A stretch of 64,000 bases of DNA, taken from Candidatus Gastranaerophilales bacterium (GTDB lineage Bacteria > Cyanobacteriota > Vampirovibrionia > Gastranaerophilales > Gastranaerophilaceae). The notes under the pieces were generated by a model. It did not search any database. It saw nothing but the letters and a program-made list of their open reading frames with translations, and had not been told where the DNA came from. Below are positions 20,557-29,785 of this stretch, piece after piece. The stretch lies in contig CAJOJP010000001.1 of NCBI GenBank assembly GCA_905234915.1, positions 1,271 to 65,270 of the forward strand. The letters are read 5' to 3'. The position numbers and the translations under genes were made by a program. Positions within the stretch are counted from its first letter, which is position 1, and the number at the start of each line of letters is the position of its first letter.

Positions 20557-22107
20557 ATGCATAAAATATTATTTATTCTAACTATAATCATATTTTGTAT
20601 CGGTTTTTGCTGCTTTAGCAGTTTAATACCTGATATTGATTTATGGGCAAGACTTCTTGCCGGTGAATATATAGTTGAAAATTTTACGGTGCCCAAACAT
20701 GATTTTTGGTCTTATACACCTACTCATTTATGGTATGACCATGAGTGGGGAGCAAGTGTATTTTTTTATTTAGCTTTGAAATATTTTGGCACCGGCGGTT
20801 TAATTATTTTAAAAGGTATTTTATGTGCTTTTACTATTTTTTTCTGTTATAAAACAGTAGAAATAAGAAAACCTAAATCAACCATTCCATATAATATATT
20901 ATACTATGCCTTTATGTGCTGGGTTGTATCTGTTTCTCTAGGAGCGGTTATAAGATGTTTATTGTTCACATGCTTATTTTTTGCGATATTTTTGTATATT
21001 TTGGAACGATACAGATATAAACAGGATAAATGTTTAATTTGGCTGCCTTTTTTGATGATATTATGGTGTAATATTCACGGCGGCTGTATTAGCGGTTTGG
21101 GATTACTTGTTATATATATTATTGGGGAATTTTTAAATAAAAAACCTGTTAAAACTTATATTTGGGTCTTATTAGGATGTTTAGCTGCATTTTTTATTAA
21201 TCCATACGGTTTTGAATATGTTAAATTTCTGTTTTATGCAGCATTAATGAACAGAGAATATATAAAAGAATGGGCAAGCCCTTTTTCTGCCGTTAATTTA
21301 AACAGTTTTATAAGATTTAAATTTTATTTATTAATTATGCTGTTCATTCAATTACTATATTGGCGAAAAAATAAAATAAGCTACGAAAAAATTGATAAAA
21401 CAAAATTTTTATTAATTCTGTTAGTAATATATTTATCAATCAGATATTCAAGGCATATTACCTTTTTTGTTTTTACGGCAGGAACACTATTATATGACGA
21501 ATTTTACTTTTTATTTAATTCTTTAATAAATAAATTTAAATTTAGTAACGAGGAGATTAATAAAACATTATGTTTATTTAAAGAAGTTTTTGTATATATT
21601 TTTTTAATAATGATATCTGCTCCTTCAATGCTTAAAGAAAATAAACAATTGGATATAACGCAGACTGAATATCCCAGATTTGCCGTTGAATTTATAAAGA
21701 TAAATAATATAAATGGAAATTTATTTGTTAATTTTGATTGGGGAAGTTATTCTGCATATAAATTATATCCAAACAATTTAGTTGTCATGGATGGTAGATA
21801 TGAAGAGGTTTATTCTCCTGATTTGTTAATTCAATTAAAAGACTTTCATCTTTTGCAAAACGATTGGTATAAAATAATAAGAGATTACAAAACCGATGTA
21901 ATGATTATAGAAAAAAAATATCCCGTGTATGAAAAAATTTCAGCTCATCCTGATTGGGTAAAAATTTTTGAAAACAACTTATCCGCAGTATTTGTACCCG
22001 CAAAAAATCTGAAGGATAAATATTTATATCCTACTCCAAATGATGAATATTATATTGAAAATATTTTCAAAAAAGATATAAAAACCAAATTGCCAAAAAA
22101 ATTATGA
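20557..22107 (+). CDS. polytopic membrane protein, possibly a GT-C-type glycosyltransferase (unknown function)
   Basis: 516 aa with about 11 hydrophobic spans and a soluble C-terminal domain. No specific motif was recognised. Confidence 0.45.
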   Translation: MHKILFILTIIIFCIGFCCFSSLIPDIDLWARLLAGEYIVENFTVPKHDFWSYTPTHLWYDHEWGASVFFYLALKYFGTGGLIILKGILCAFTIFFCYKTVEIRKPKSTIPYNILYYAFMCWVVSVSLGAVIRCLLFTCLFFAIFLYILERYRYKQDKCLIWLPFLMILWCNIHGGCISGLGLLVIYIIGEFLNKKPVKTYIWVLLGCLAAFFINPYGFEYVKFLFYAALMNREYIKEWASPFSAVNLNSFIRFKFYLLIMLFIQLLYWRKNKISYEKIDKTKFLLILLVIYLSIRYSRHITFFVFTAGTLLYDEFYFLFNSLINKFKFSNEEINKTLCLFKEVFVYIFLIMISAPSMLKENKQLDITQTEYPRFAVEFIKINNINGNLFVNFDWGSYSAYKLYPNNLVVMDGRYEEVYSPDLLIQLKDFHLLQNDWYKIIRDYKTDVMIIEKKYPVYEKISAHPDWVKIFENNLSAVFVPAKNLKDKYLYPTPNDEYYIENIFKKDIKTKLPKKL

Positions 22108-22308
22108 TTTTTCTTTCCAAATAATTTCATATCCTAAAACATCTGCAATTTGAAGAATTTCATCATATTTGAAGGTTTGTCGGTTTAGTTTAAGTGTAAA
22201 GTTTTGCAGGGTATCAGTTCTTCCGTATTTTTCGCTAAGTCTTCTATGGACTTCTTTTGCAGTCACATTATTAAATGCTATTTGACCTTTTATAAAATTT
22301 TTTTTCAT
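22102..22308 (-). CDS. small HTH-like DNA-binding protein (XRE/Cro-like topology), tentative
   Basis: 68 aa. VTAKEVHRRLSEKYGRTDTLQNFTLKLNRQTFKYDEILQIADVLGYEI follows the pattern of short HTH regulators (helix-turn-helix, then ..L..IA..LG). Confidence 0.45.
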   Translation of the reverse strand: MKKNFIKGQIAFNNVTAKEVHRRLSEKYGRTDTLQNFTLKLNRQTFKYDEILQIADVLGYEIIWKEKS

Positions 22309-22324
22309 AACATTCCAAAAACGC

Positions 22325-22353
22325 TTGACACATTAAAGCATTTGCTTTATTAT
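22325..22353 (+). promoter_or_regulatory. candidate sigma70 promoter TTGACA-17-TATTAT
   Basis: Consensus -35 at 22325-22330 and -10 at 22348-22353. It would give a ~235-nt leader before the Cys-rich ORF. Confidence 0.5.
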
Positions 22354-22390
22354 TAATCATGTATTTTAAAAATAATAAATTCATTAAATA

Positions 22391-22445
22391 TTTTACAACA
22401 AAGATTTGTTTGTTGCAATAGTTAATTGCGCATGTTTTGTTGTAA
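22391..22445. promoter_or_regulatory. inverted repeat TTTACAACAAA / TTTGTTGTAAA with a third related copy (TTTGTTTGTTGCAA) between them; candidate operator or leader hairpin
   Basis: Read directly: 22391-22401, 22405-22417 and 22435-22445. Confidence 0.4.
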
Positions 22446-22593
22446 AAAAATATTAAAAAGCTACGTAATTTATAAAATAAAATATAAGTATTAAAGCCTT
22501 AATATATGGATTTAGTACAGATATTTTAAGCTGTCGATAAATTAAAACAATTGATTGTTTAATTAGTCGGATAGATTTAAAAGGAGAACAATT

Positions 22594-23064
22594 ATGGATT
22601 TTGACCTGATAGAAAAATTGAACGATGAAGACGTTAAACAATTGTATGATGATGTAATAGAAGATTTTGATAACAAAATTTCAATGTGCAAATGTCAAAC
22701 CTGGGGAGATATAGAAATAGAAAAATACGGAAAAATTGTTTATAGTACTCTTACAAGCGGATGGCATTATTTTACAGGAGATTGTGGCGACCCTGCTAAT
22801 TATTCACATAGTGCCTGTCAGGCTAAATGTGATGAAGCAGGAGATGGTTCAGCTCATATAGGAGCATATGGAACATCAGTATATTGTGGTTTTGGTGAAA
22901 ACTTTTGCCACGGTCATATGTTAAATGTTAATATAACAGGCACGTACATTCAGGGTGAAGCATGTTACATCCCTGAAAATGCAGTATGTCCGGAAGAAGG
23001 AACATGGTCAAGGAACGGTAAATTACAAACAAATAATTCCTATTTTATAAATCATTGCACATAA
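22594..23064 (+). CDS. cysteine-rich hypothetical protein (acidic N-terminal helix, 10 Cys)
   Basis: Good RBS (AAAGGAG). It has no signal peptide and I recognise no family. Confidence 0.5.
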   Translation: MDFDLIEKLNDEDVKQLYDDVIEDFDNKISMCKCQTWGDIEIEKYGKIVYSTLTSGWHYFTGDCGDPANYSHSACQAKCDEAGDGSAHIGAYGTSVYCGFGENFCHGHMLNVNITGTYIQGEACYIPENAVCPEEGTWSRNGKLQTNNSYFINHCT

Positions 23065-23069
23065 GCAGA

Positions 23070-24443
23070 TTAAGGAGTTTGTTTTCCCTTTAATTCGTTT
23101 GTTACGTGAAATTCTTTTGTTCCTGTTTTCCATTCTCTGTATTTATAAACCGCTTTAGGTATAAGTAAGCCTAAAAAAGCGCATGAGAGCAGCATATTTA
23201 ATCCCACGGAAGCTATTTTCATTACTTTCATTTTTTTTATAAATTTTTCAGCTGAAATTCCTGAATTATTATATTTTTCTTCTATTATTTTTAAATTTTC
23301 CGCCAGTTTATTAAATTCTTCAATATCTATAAATTTAGAAGTATCAACAAAAGATTTTCCCTTTTTATTTTTTGTTTCCGAAACTATATCTGATTTTTTT
23401 GCAGCCTGAACAAGTATGTTATCAGGATTATTTATTATGAAATCAAGTTTTTCGGTTAATGTTCCGTTTTTTGGCATTTTATCAACAGACGAAGTTATAT
23501 TCTGTTTTTTTAGTGATTTTAATAAATTTTCGTCGGTTATAACGTTTATATTTGCATCAATCGGGATAGAAAGTTTGTTCAAGCTGTATTTATTAATTTT
23601 ATTTTCTAAAATTTCTCCGAATTTATAAAGAAAAAACAGAAATCCACCCTCTTTTATTGTATGTTCCATTAATTCGGTTGTATTTCTCGAGCAGGCAATT
23701 CTTTCTGCCGAAATCCCGACATCTATTACTTTCATATTACTCACGGGATTAAATAAAATAGAATTTGCTAAATCATCTTTTACACCTTTGAATGAAGGAA
23801 TTTTATTTTTTTGTTTTGAAAATTCCGTAATATCACTAAAAATAGGACTTTTTTCATTTTTTAATGATGAAAAAGATATATTATTACTTTTTTTATTAGC
23901 ATTAATATCATTTAAAATAAAATTTTTAGTTTGTTTTTGTTTTGCAAAGGTAAGTCCGAAAAAAGAACCCAGAGTCAGGGCAGTTGCAGCAATAACTTTT
24001 GTTTTATATAAATTATTTATTTTTACTCCGCCATCTTCTATAGATTTTAATAAAGCACTTTTAACAGTTTCTTTTTTGGGCTGCAAAAATTTAAATTTTT
24101 TGAAAAAACCTTTATTGGGCATTAGACCTTTTGCATTTTTTTTTGCCCAATTTATATATTCGGGATTTGAAACAATTCTTATATCAACATCGGGATGTAT
24201 ATCTGCCTTTTTATAAATAGAAGCATCAATCAATTTTTTATAAAAAGGAATACCTCCTATCCAAATTAACTGAGTTCCAAATTCATCAACAGCCCTGTCA
24301 TATCCTTCCGCTTTCCCGCCGGCCTTATAAGACTGATAAGTTAAGCTGCCTGAATCTACTCCGTCTTTTATCATTATGGGAATTAATGATTCTTTATTTC
24401 CAAGTACTGATACTATACTTGAAGTAATATTATTTATTTGCAT
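23070..24443 (-). CDS. hypothetical membrane-associated protein (contains a PSFKGV motif and a C-terminal TM anchor)
   Basis: Long ORF. The likely start is the ATG at 24443 (AAGGAAA RBS), whereas the track ORF begins at a TTG at 24479. Hydrophobic segments lie near residue ~150 and at the C-terminus. Confidence 0.5.
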   Translation of the reverse strand: MQINNITSSIVSVLGNKESLIPIMIKDGVDSGSLTYQSYKAGGKAEGYDRAVDEFGTQLIWIGGIPFYKKLIDASIYKKADIHPDVDIRIVSNPEYINWAKKNAKGLMPNKGFFKKFKFLQPKKETVKSALLKSIEDGGVKINNLYKTKVIAATALTLGSFFGLTFAKQKQTKNFILNDINANKKSNNISFSSLKNEKSPIFSDITEFSKQKNKIPSFKGVKDDLANSILFNPVSNMKVIDVGISAERIACSRNTTELMEHTIKEGGFLFFLYKFGEILENKINKYSLNKLSIPIDANINVITDENLLKSLKKQNITSSVDKMPKNGTLTEKLDFIINNPDNILVQAAKKSDIVSETKNKKGKSFVDTSKFIDIEEFNKLAENLKIIEEKYNNSGISAEKFIKKMKVMKIASVGLNMLLSCAFLGLLIPKAVYKYREWKTGTKEFHVTNELKGKQTP

Positions 24444-24570
24444 TTTATTTTCCTTGCTAATGTATATTACAAACCCCAAATTAAATTTCTTAATTTGACA
24501 AACTGGGTATCTGCCATAAGGTCATTAAAAAATCGTCGCATATTATTTAACCTTTCATTTTTTCAATACT

Positions 24571-24603
24571 AAAAAAGCCTTCTAATTTTGTTAGAAGGCT
24601 TTT
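24571..24603 (-). terminator. rho-independent terminator (minus strand) ending the era transcription unit
   Basis: AAGCCTTCTAA-N5-TTAGAAGGCTT perfect 11-bp stem, followed on the minus strand by TTTTTT. Confidence 0.8.
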
Positions 24604-24776
24604 AATAAAACTGCAATCAAAAACGTACGATTACCTCGTAAAGCCTCCTTTATTAAAATAACGTCGTATTTGATTAATAAGCATTATAAATTCCTATTTT
24701 TTCCCTATGATAACATAAAAATTAAAATTGTAAAGGTAATGTGCAGGGGAAAGTTAAGTTGTTTAATGGACATTGT

Positions 24777-25016
24777 ACTAGTAGAACGTTCTGTAATTAA
24801 CTGGACTTTTTATTTCCGAAATTTTAGAATACTGTAAAAAGAAAACACTTTTCGGAGCTGTTACACCCGCTTATTTCTTAAGCCGCACCAGCTATTTTTT
24901 TATTATTGATAAAAAATAAATTAATGTAGCAAGGGTGCTCAATGCTCCTCAAAGTATTTTCTTTTTTTCGTTTTTTATTTCAAAAAGTCCGATTATTTAA
25001 GGAACGCTCTACTAGT
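24777..25016. repeat. 240-bp imperfect palindrome (long inverted repeat): structured RNA or MITE-like element
   Basis: Outer arms 24777-24811 and 24982-25016 are complementary at 29/35 positions. Inner arms 24836-24858 and 24944-24966 are complementary at 20/23, and CACCC/GGGTG also pair. Unpaired segments of 24 and 15 nt lie between the outer and inner arms. Confidence 0.7.
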
Positions 25017-25034
25017 TATTCACAGGACGCTCTA

Positions 25035-25922
25035 TCAGTACATTTTTTCTAAATCTTTAGATTTCTTGCGCCAATCTTTTATAACTTTTACCTTTAAATT
25101 TAAAAAAACCTTTTTCCCTGTCGTATCTTCCAATTCTTTACGAGCTTCAGTCCCTATAATCTTAAGCATGCTGCCGTCTTTACCTATTAAAATTCCCTTT
25201 TGTGTTTCATGTTCAACTATTATTTGAGCCGAAATTTTATCTAACTTTTCTGTTTCTTCATAACTTTCAATAATAACCGCAACACTGTGAGGTACTTCAT
25301 CGCGTGTATGAATTAAAATTTTTTCTCTTATTAATTCTCCCGCAATATTACGCATTGTTTCATCGGTAATTTCATCATCCGCATATACTTTTTCACCTGC
25401 AGGCAGTTTTCTTACCATATTTTTTATAAGAGTATCGAAATTTCTGCCTGTTTTTGCCGAAATTTTTACAACAGGATAATTTTCCTTGAATAGTGTCTTG
25501 TAAGTTAATAAAATTTCTTCTCTTTTTTGTATATCTTTTACAAGGTCGTATTTGTTAGATACTATAATTAATGATCCCTTATAATCCTTCAAAACATTGT
25601 CAATAATCCATTTATCGCCTCTGCCGGCAGTTGTTGAGCCGTCAACTATAAATAAAACGATATCAACATCATTAATTGCACTCTTGGCTTCATCCACAAG
25701 GCATTCTCCCAAACGGTCAACGGGTTTATGAATACCGGGAGTATCAATAAAAACTATTTGCGCTTCTTCTGTAGTTAAAATTCCGTTTATTCTTCTTCTT
25801 GTTGTTTGTGCTTTATTTGTAGTAATTGCAATTTTTTGACCTATAAGTCTGTTTAAAATGGTACTTTTACCTACATTTGGGCGTCCTATTATAGCAGCAT
25901 ATCCAAATTTATAATGTTTCAT
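25035..25922 (-). CDS. era: GTPase Era
   Basis: GRPNVGKST (G1), DTPG (G3), NKYD (G4) and a C-terminal KH domain. The start was chosen at the ATG at 25922 (MKHYKFGYAAIIGRPNVGKST); the track ORF starts at a TTG at 25961. Confidence 0.9.
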   Translation of the reverse strand: MKHYKFGYAAIIGRPNVGKSTILNRLIGQKIAITTNKAQTTRRRINGILTTEEAQIVFIDTPGIHKPVDRLGECLVDEAKSAINDVDIVLFIVDGSTTAGRGDKWIIDNVLKDYKGSLIIVSNKYDLVKDIQKREEILLTYKTLFKENYPVVKISAKTGRNFDTLIKNMVRKLPAGEKVYADDEITDETMRNIAGELIREKILIHTRDEVPHSVAVIIESYEETEKLDKISAQIIVEHETQKGILIGKDGSMLKIIGTEARKELEDTTGKKVFLNLKVKVIKDWRKKSKDLEKMY

Positions 25923-27783
25923 CAGATGAGTGTATTCCTTCATTCTGTTGTTCTTTATCAATAAACGGTGTATCTTTTCTCATTATTATTCGGGAAATTT
26001 TTATACCATCAAGTTCTATAACTTCAAAAGACAAGTTTCTGTCTTCTGCTCTATCCCCTATTTCCGGTTCTCTGCCTAATAAACCAAAAACATAGCCGCC
26101 AAGAGTTTGAAAATCCTCATCCGGTATATCAAGGTCAAACTTTTCATTAATATCCTCAATATTTACTAATGCAGATAAATTTAAAGTATAATCATCAATT
26201 TTATTAATTTCAGGTACGGGAGCTTCGTCAAATTCATCGTAAATTTCACCGACAATTTCTTCGATAATATCTTCAACAGTAACAATTCCGGCTATACCGC
26301 CGTGTTCATCAGCAACTGCAGCTATTTGATTTTTTGTTGAAGTAAAATCATTTAACAGGTCGCTGATAAATTTATTTTCAGGAATTATCAATATTTCACG
26401 AGCTAAAGATTTTATTTTAAAATCTTTTTGTTCATAAGCTTTATCTCTTAATGCTTTTAGAGCATCTTTTGCATTAATAACTCCGATTAAATTGTCCACA
26501 GTTCCTTCATATAAAGGAATACGAGTATGCCCCGAGTCAATAATCATATCGATAAGCACATCTAAAGTCGCTTCTGAATTAATAAAAACGACTTTGGGAC
26601 GCGGAACCATAATTTCTTTTACGACAGTTTGAGAAAAAGAATAGAAATTTGAAAGCATATCAGCTTCTTTATCATCAAAAACATCTATTTTTTCGCCTTC
26701 CTCAATTATTTTATCAAATTTATCTTCCCAGTTTTCTTCTGCATCGTTAGTATCGATTTCAACAGAAACATGAGAAATATTAGAAAACTGTTCTCTTATT
26801 TTTCGTTCAACCATTTCGGATATATCGTCTGCTTCTTTAACTTGAATTTCAGGATCAACTTCAATTTTAATATTAACAATTAGACCTGAAGTACCCATAT
26901 CCATAGTTTTAAGTTCTTTTACGCAACTGACGCAATGAAGATTTTCAGCTATTTGTCTAATCATTTCCTCTGTTTGAGGCTGTGCTGACAAACCTGTCAG
27001 AAGATTAACGTTATTTTTAAGCATATAACCTGCTAAAAACAGCATCATTAATGCAATTATGCCTGAAGCAATACCGTCAGGTATGTGTGCCAAATGGGAA
27101 GGAAGTATAAATTTTGAAATTGAAACTGCAATAAATGCAACTATTACACCTGATAAAGCAACAACATCCTCATACCATACATATTTAGTAGTGGGAGTTG
27201 TTATTTTATGAACATACTTGATTGATTTAAATAAATCAACAATAGGATTTATATGCTTAACCTGCGCTTCATCAAGAACAGCATTAACGGCACTGTGAAC
27301 TGCCCATGATTCGGATAATATGCTTAATGTTAAAATTACAGCTAATACAGGGTAGTAATTAAGCAGATTATATGAATGATTATTAAACATTATTTTATTG
27401 TAAGAACTTAATAGAGATACAGCAGAACCAACAAACATCAATATGCAGGCAACAATTGTCCAAACATTTGTTTCAAGACCGTGACCAAACGGGTGAACAT
27501 CATCAGCAGGACGCGAACCTTGTTTTAAGCCAACCATTAGACAAATACTATTAAATGAATCTACACCCGAGTGAACAGCTTCTGCGAACATTGCGGAACT
27601 CTTCGTAAAATACCAGGAAATAAGTTTTATAAATGCAATAAAAATGTTAGCCAAAAAAGCACGAACTACCGCTCTAAACTTTGAATTTTCTTTTTTACTT
27701 TGTTCGCGAATAAGACTATCTGTAACTCCGGAACTTCCGGTAACTCCTGATGCCCCACCCGCCGAAATACTGTCCGATGTCAT
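25909..27783 (-). CDS. fusion protein: cation diffusion facilitator (CDF) membrane and cytoplasmic domains + CBS pair + CorC/HlyC C-terminal domain
   Basis: CDF blocks AEAVHSGVDSFNS and DDVHPFGHGLETN, then a ZT_dimer-like region (LIVNIKIEVDP...ISHVSVEID), then VKEIMVPRPKVVFI...GHTRIPLY (CBS pair), then TLGGYVFGLLGREPEIGD (CorC_HlyC). Confidence 0.75.
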   Translation of the reverse strand: MTSDSISAGGASGVTGSSGVTDSLIREQSKKENSKFRAVVRAFLANIFIAFIKLISWYFTKSSAMFAEAVHSGVDSFNSICLMVGLKQGSRPADDVHPFGHGLETNVWTIVACILMFVGSAVSLLSSYNKIMFNNHSYNLLNYYPVLAVILTLSILSESWAVHSAVNAVLDEAQVKHINPIVDLFKSIKYVHKITTPTTKYVWYEDVVALSGVIVAFIAVSISKFILPSHLAHIPDGIASGIIALMMLFLAGYMLKNNVNLLTGLSAQPQTEEMIRQIAENLHCVSCVKELKTMDMGTSGLIVNIKIEVDPEIQVKEADDISEMVERKIREQFSNISHVSVEIDTNDAEENWEDKFDKIIEEGEKIDVFDDKEADMLSNFYSFSQTVVKEIMVPRPKVVFINSEATLDVLIDMIIDSGHTRIPLYEGTVDNLIGVINAKDALKALRDKAYEQKDFKIKSLAREILIIPENKFISDLLNDFTSTKNQIAAVADEHGGIAGIVTVEDIIEEIVGEIYDEFDEAPVPEINKIDDYTLNLSALVNIEDINEKFDLDIPDEDFQTLGGYVFGLLGREPEIGDRAEDRNLSFEVIELDGIKISRIIMRKDTPFIDKEQQNEGIHSSDETL

Positions 27784-28090
27784 TTTATACCTTGTATTTT
27801 ACCGACAAAAGCATTATAAAATAAATATTAAAAAATGTCTATCTGCTGTACAGTTCATAACATATTGAACAAAATATACTTTCTGTTATATATTAACTTT
27901 AATAGTCTAATATGTATTTGAACTATGAAACACAGTCAATGTAACAGAAATGTAAAAGATTAAACAAATTGGAATAACTAAGAAATAATACAAATTGATT
28001 CAGACTGGACAGAAAATTTGAAAAGTTGAATTGTAAATACAGTTTTTTTGTTTATTATATAAATTAATCGTAATTTAATGAGGTGTAGTT

Positions 28091-28798
28091 ATGCTGTTAG
28101 GTGTTAATATTGATCACATTGCAACTTTGAGAAATGCAAGAGGCGGAGAAAATCCTTCACCGATTGAAGGAGCAAAAATTTGCATGAAATTGAATGTACA
28201 CGGAATTACGGCTCACCTGAGAGAAGACCGCCGACACATAAAAGATGAAGATATTAAACAGCTAAAAAGTTTAGGATGCCGTTTAAATATGGAAATGGCA
28301 GCAACAGAGGAAATGCAAAAAATAGCTCTTTCTGTTTTGCCTCATGCCTGCTGTATTGTTCCCGAAAAACGCAAAGAAATCACAACTGAAGGCGGACTTG
28401 ATGTTGCTTCTTCTCAGGAAAAAATGAATAAATTCGTTAAACCGCTTGTTGATAATGGTATTCTTGTAAGTATGTTTATTGCACCTGATAAAAATCAAAT
28501 TTTAGCTTCTCATAAAACAGGAGCGCAATATATTGAACTGCATACGGGAGCATACTCTTGTGCTTTTGGAAAAGAAAACGAAGAAACAGAATTTCAAAAA
28601 CTTAAATCAGCTGCTGAATTTGCTCAAAATTTAGGACTTAAAGTCAATGCAGGACACGGTTTGGATTACAATAATGTCCGTCGTATGCATGAAATCAGAG
28701 GAATTGAAGAACTTAACATCGGTCACAGTATTATTGCCCGTGCAATATTTACGGGACTTGATAATGCTGTTATTGAGATGATGAATTTAATTAAATAG
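28091..28798 (+). CDS. pdxJ: pyridoxine 5'-phosphate synthase
   Basis: LGVNIDHIATLRNARG N-terminal block plus the HLREDRRHI and GHGL blocks. Confidence 0.9.
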   Translation: MLLGVNIDHIATLRNARGGENPSPIEGAKICMKLNVHGITAHLREDRRHIKDEDIKQLKSLGCRLNMEMAATEEMQKIALSVLPHACCIVPEKRKEITTEGGLDVASSQEKMNKFVKPLVDNGILVSMFIAPDKNQILASHKTGAQYIELHTGAYSCAFGKENEETEFQKLKSAAEFAQNLGLKVNAGHGLDYNNVRRMHEIRGIEELNIGHSIIARAIFTGLDNAVIEMMNLIK

Positions 28799-29785
28799 TT
28801 TTTCTAATTTCTGTTCCCACTTGTAGGCTGATTTTATGCTGTCCGCAAGTGTTCTTTCAGCTTTCCAGCCTAAAATATTACTTGATTTAGTCGTATCTGC
28901 AACAAGTTTAGCACAATCTCCCTGTCTTCTTGCGCATATTTCATAATGAATTTTCTTGCCTGTTATATTTTCTACGGTATCAAAAACTTCTTTTATGCTG
29001 TATCCGCCTGATGTTCCTATGTTAAAGACTTCTGAAACATGATTATTTTTTAAATAATTATAAGCTTTTTCGTGTGCCTTTGCCATATCTTCTACATTTA
29101 CATAATCGCGGATACAGGTTCCATCCGGAGTATCGTAATCATCTCCAAATAATTTAAAGGTTCTCCCTTCCTTTAGTACTGATTTTAAAATATTCGGAAT
29201 TAAATGGGTTTCAGGGTTGTGCCATTCACCTATTTTAGTTTCACTATCAGCCCCTGCAGCATTAAAATATCTTAAAATTACTGATTTTATTTCGTAATTT
29301 TGATCATATTCTTCAAGCATTTTTTCTATTTGTAATTTTGTATCACCATAAGGATTTACGGGTTTTTTAGGGTGTTTTTCATCTAAAGGCAAGTACTTTG
29401 GATTTCCATATACGGCACAGGTAGATGAAAATACTATATTTTTTACATTAAATTCCGCCATTGAATTTAAAAGATTTTTAGTACCTAAAACATTATTTGT
29501 ATAATATTTCTCCGGTTCCCTTACACTTTCCTCCACTTCAATATATCCTGCAAAATGAATAACAGCATCTATGTTATTAAACTTTTTTAAAACATTTTTT
29601 ATATCTTCATAATTTCTTAAATCACCTTTTACAAAATGAAGATTACCTTCTTTTTGCAAAGTCCTGACAGTTTCAATATGACCTTTTTCCAAATTATCAA
29701 AAATAATAACTTCCGCTCCTGACTTTAAAAAACTTAAAGCCGTATGGCTTCCAATATAGCCTGCACCACCCGTTATTAATATCAC
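28787..29785 (-). CDS. galE: UDP-glucose 4-epimerase
   Basis: ILITGGAGYIGSH Rossmann motif, YGDTK (YxxxK) and about 330 aa. Confidence 0.85.
   Translation of the reverse strand: MILITGGAGYIGSHTALSFLKSGAEVIIFDNLEKGHIETVRTLQKEGNLHFVKGDLRNYEDIKNVLKKFNNIDAVIHFAGYIEVEESVREPEKYYTNNVLGTKNLLNSMAEFNVKNIVFSSTCAVYGNPKYLPLDEKHPKKPVNPYGDTKLQIEKMLEEYDQNYEIKSVILRYFNAAGADSETKIGEWHNPETHLIPNILKSVLKEGRTFKLFGDDYDTPDGTCIRDYVNVEDMAKAHEKAYNYLKNNHVSEVFNIGTSGGYSIKEVFDTVENITGKKIHYEICARRQGDCAKLVADTTKSSNILGWKAERTLADSIKSAYKWEQKLEKLFN

Noticed and set aside
20190-20696. 168-aa minus-strand ORF covering rpmA and the following terminator
   Set aside because: It lies antisense to the highly conserved L27 gene and has a low-complexity, Ile/Phe/Lys-rich translation typical of spurious antisense frames in AT-rich DNA.
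24631-24684. 17-codon minus-strand ORF (MLINQIRRYFNKGGFTR) and an AAAGGAGG box in the era-downstream gap
   Set aside because: The ORF is too short and has only a weak RBS context. The strong GGAGG lies inside the ORF and is not followed by a start codon. There is no supporting evidence for a peptide gene.
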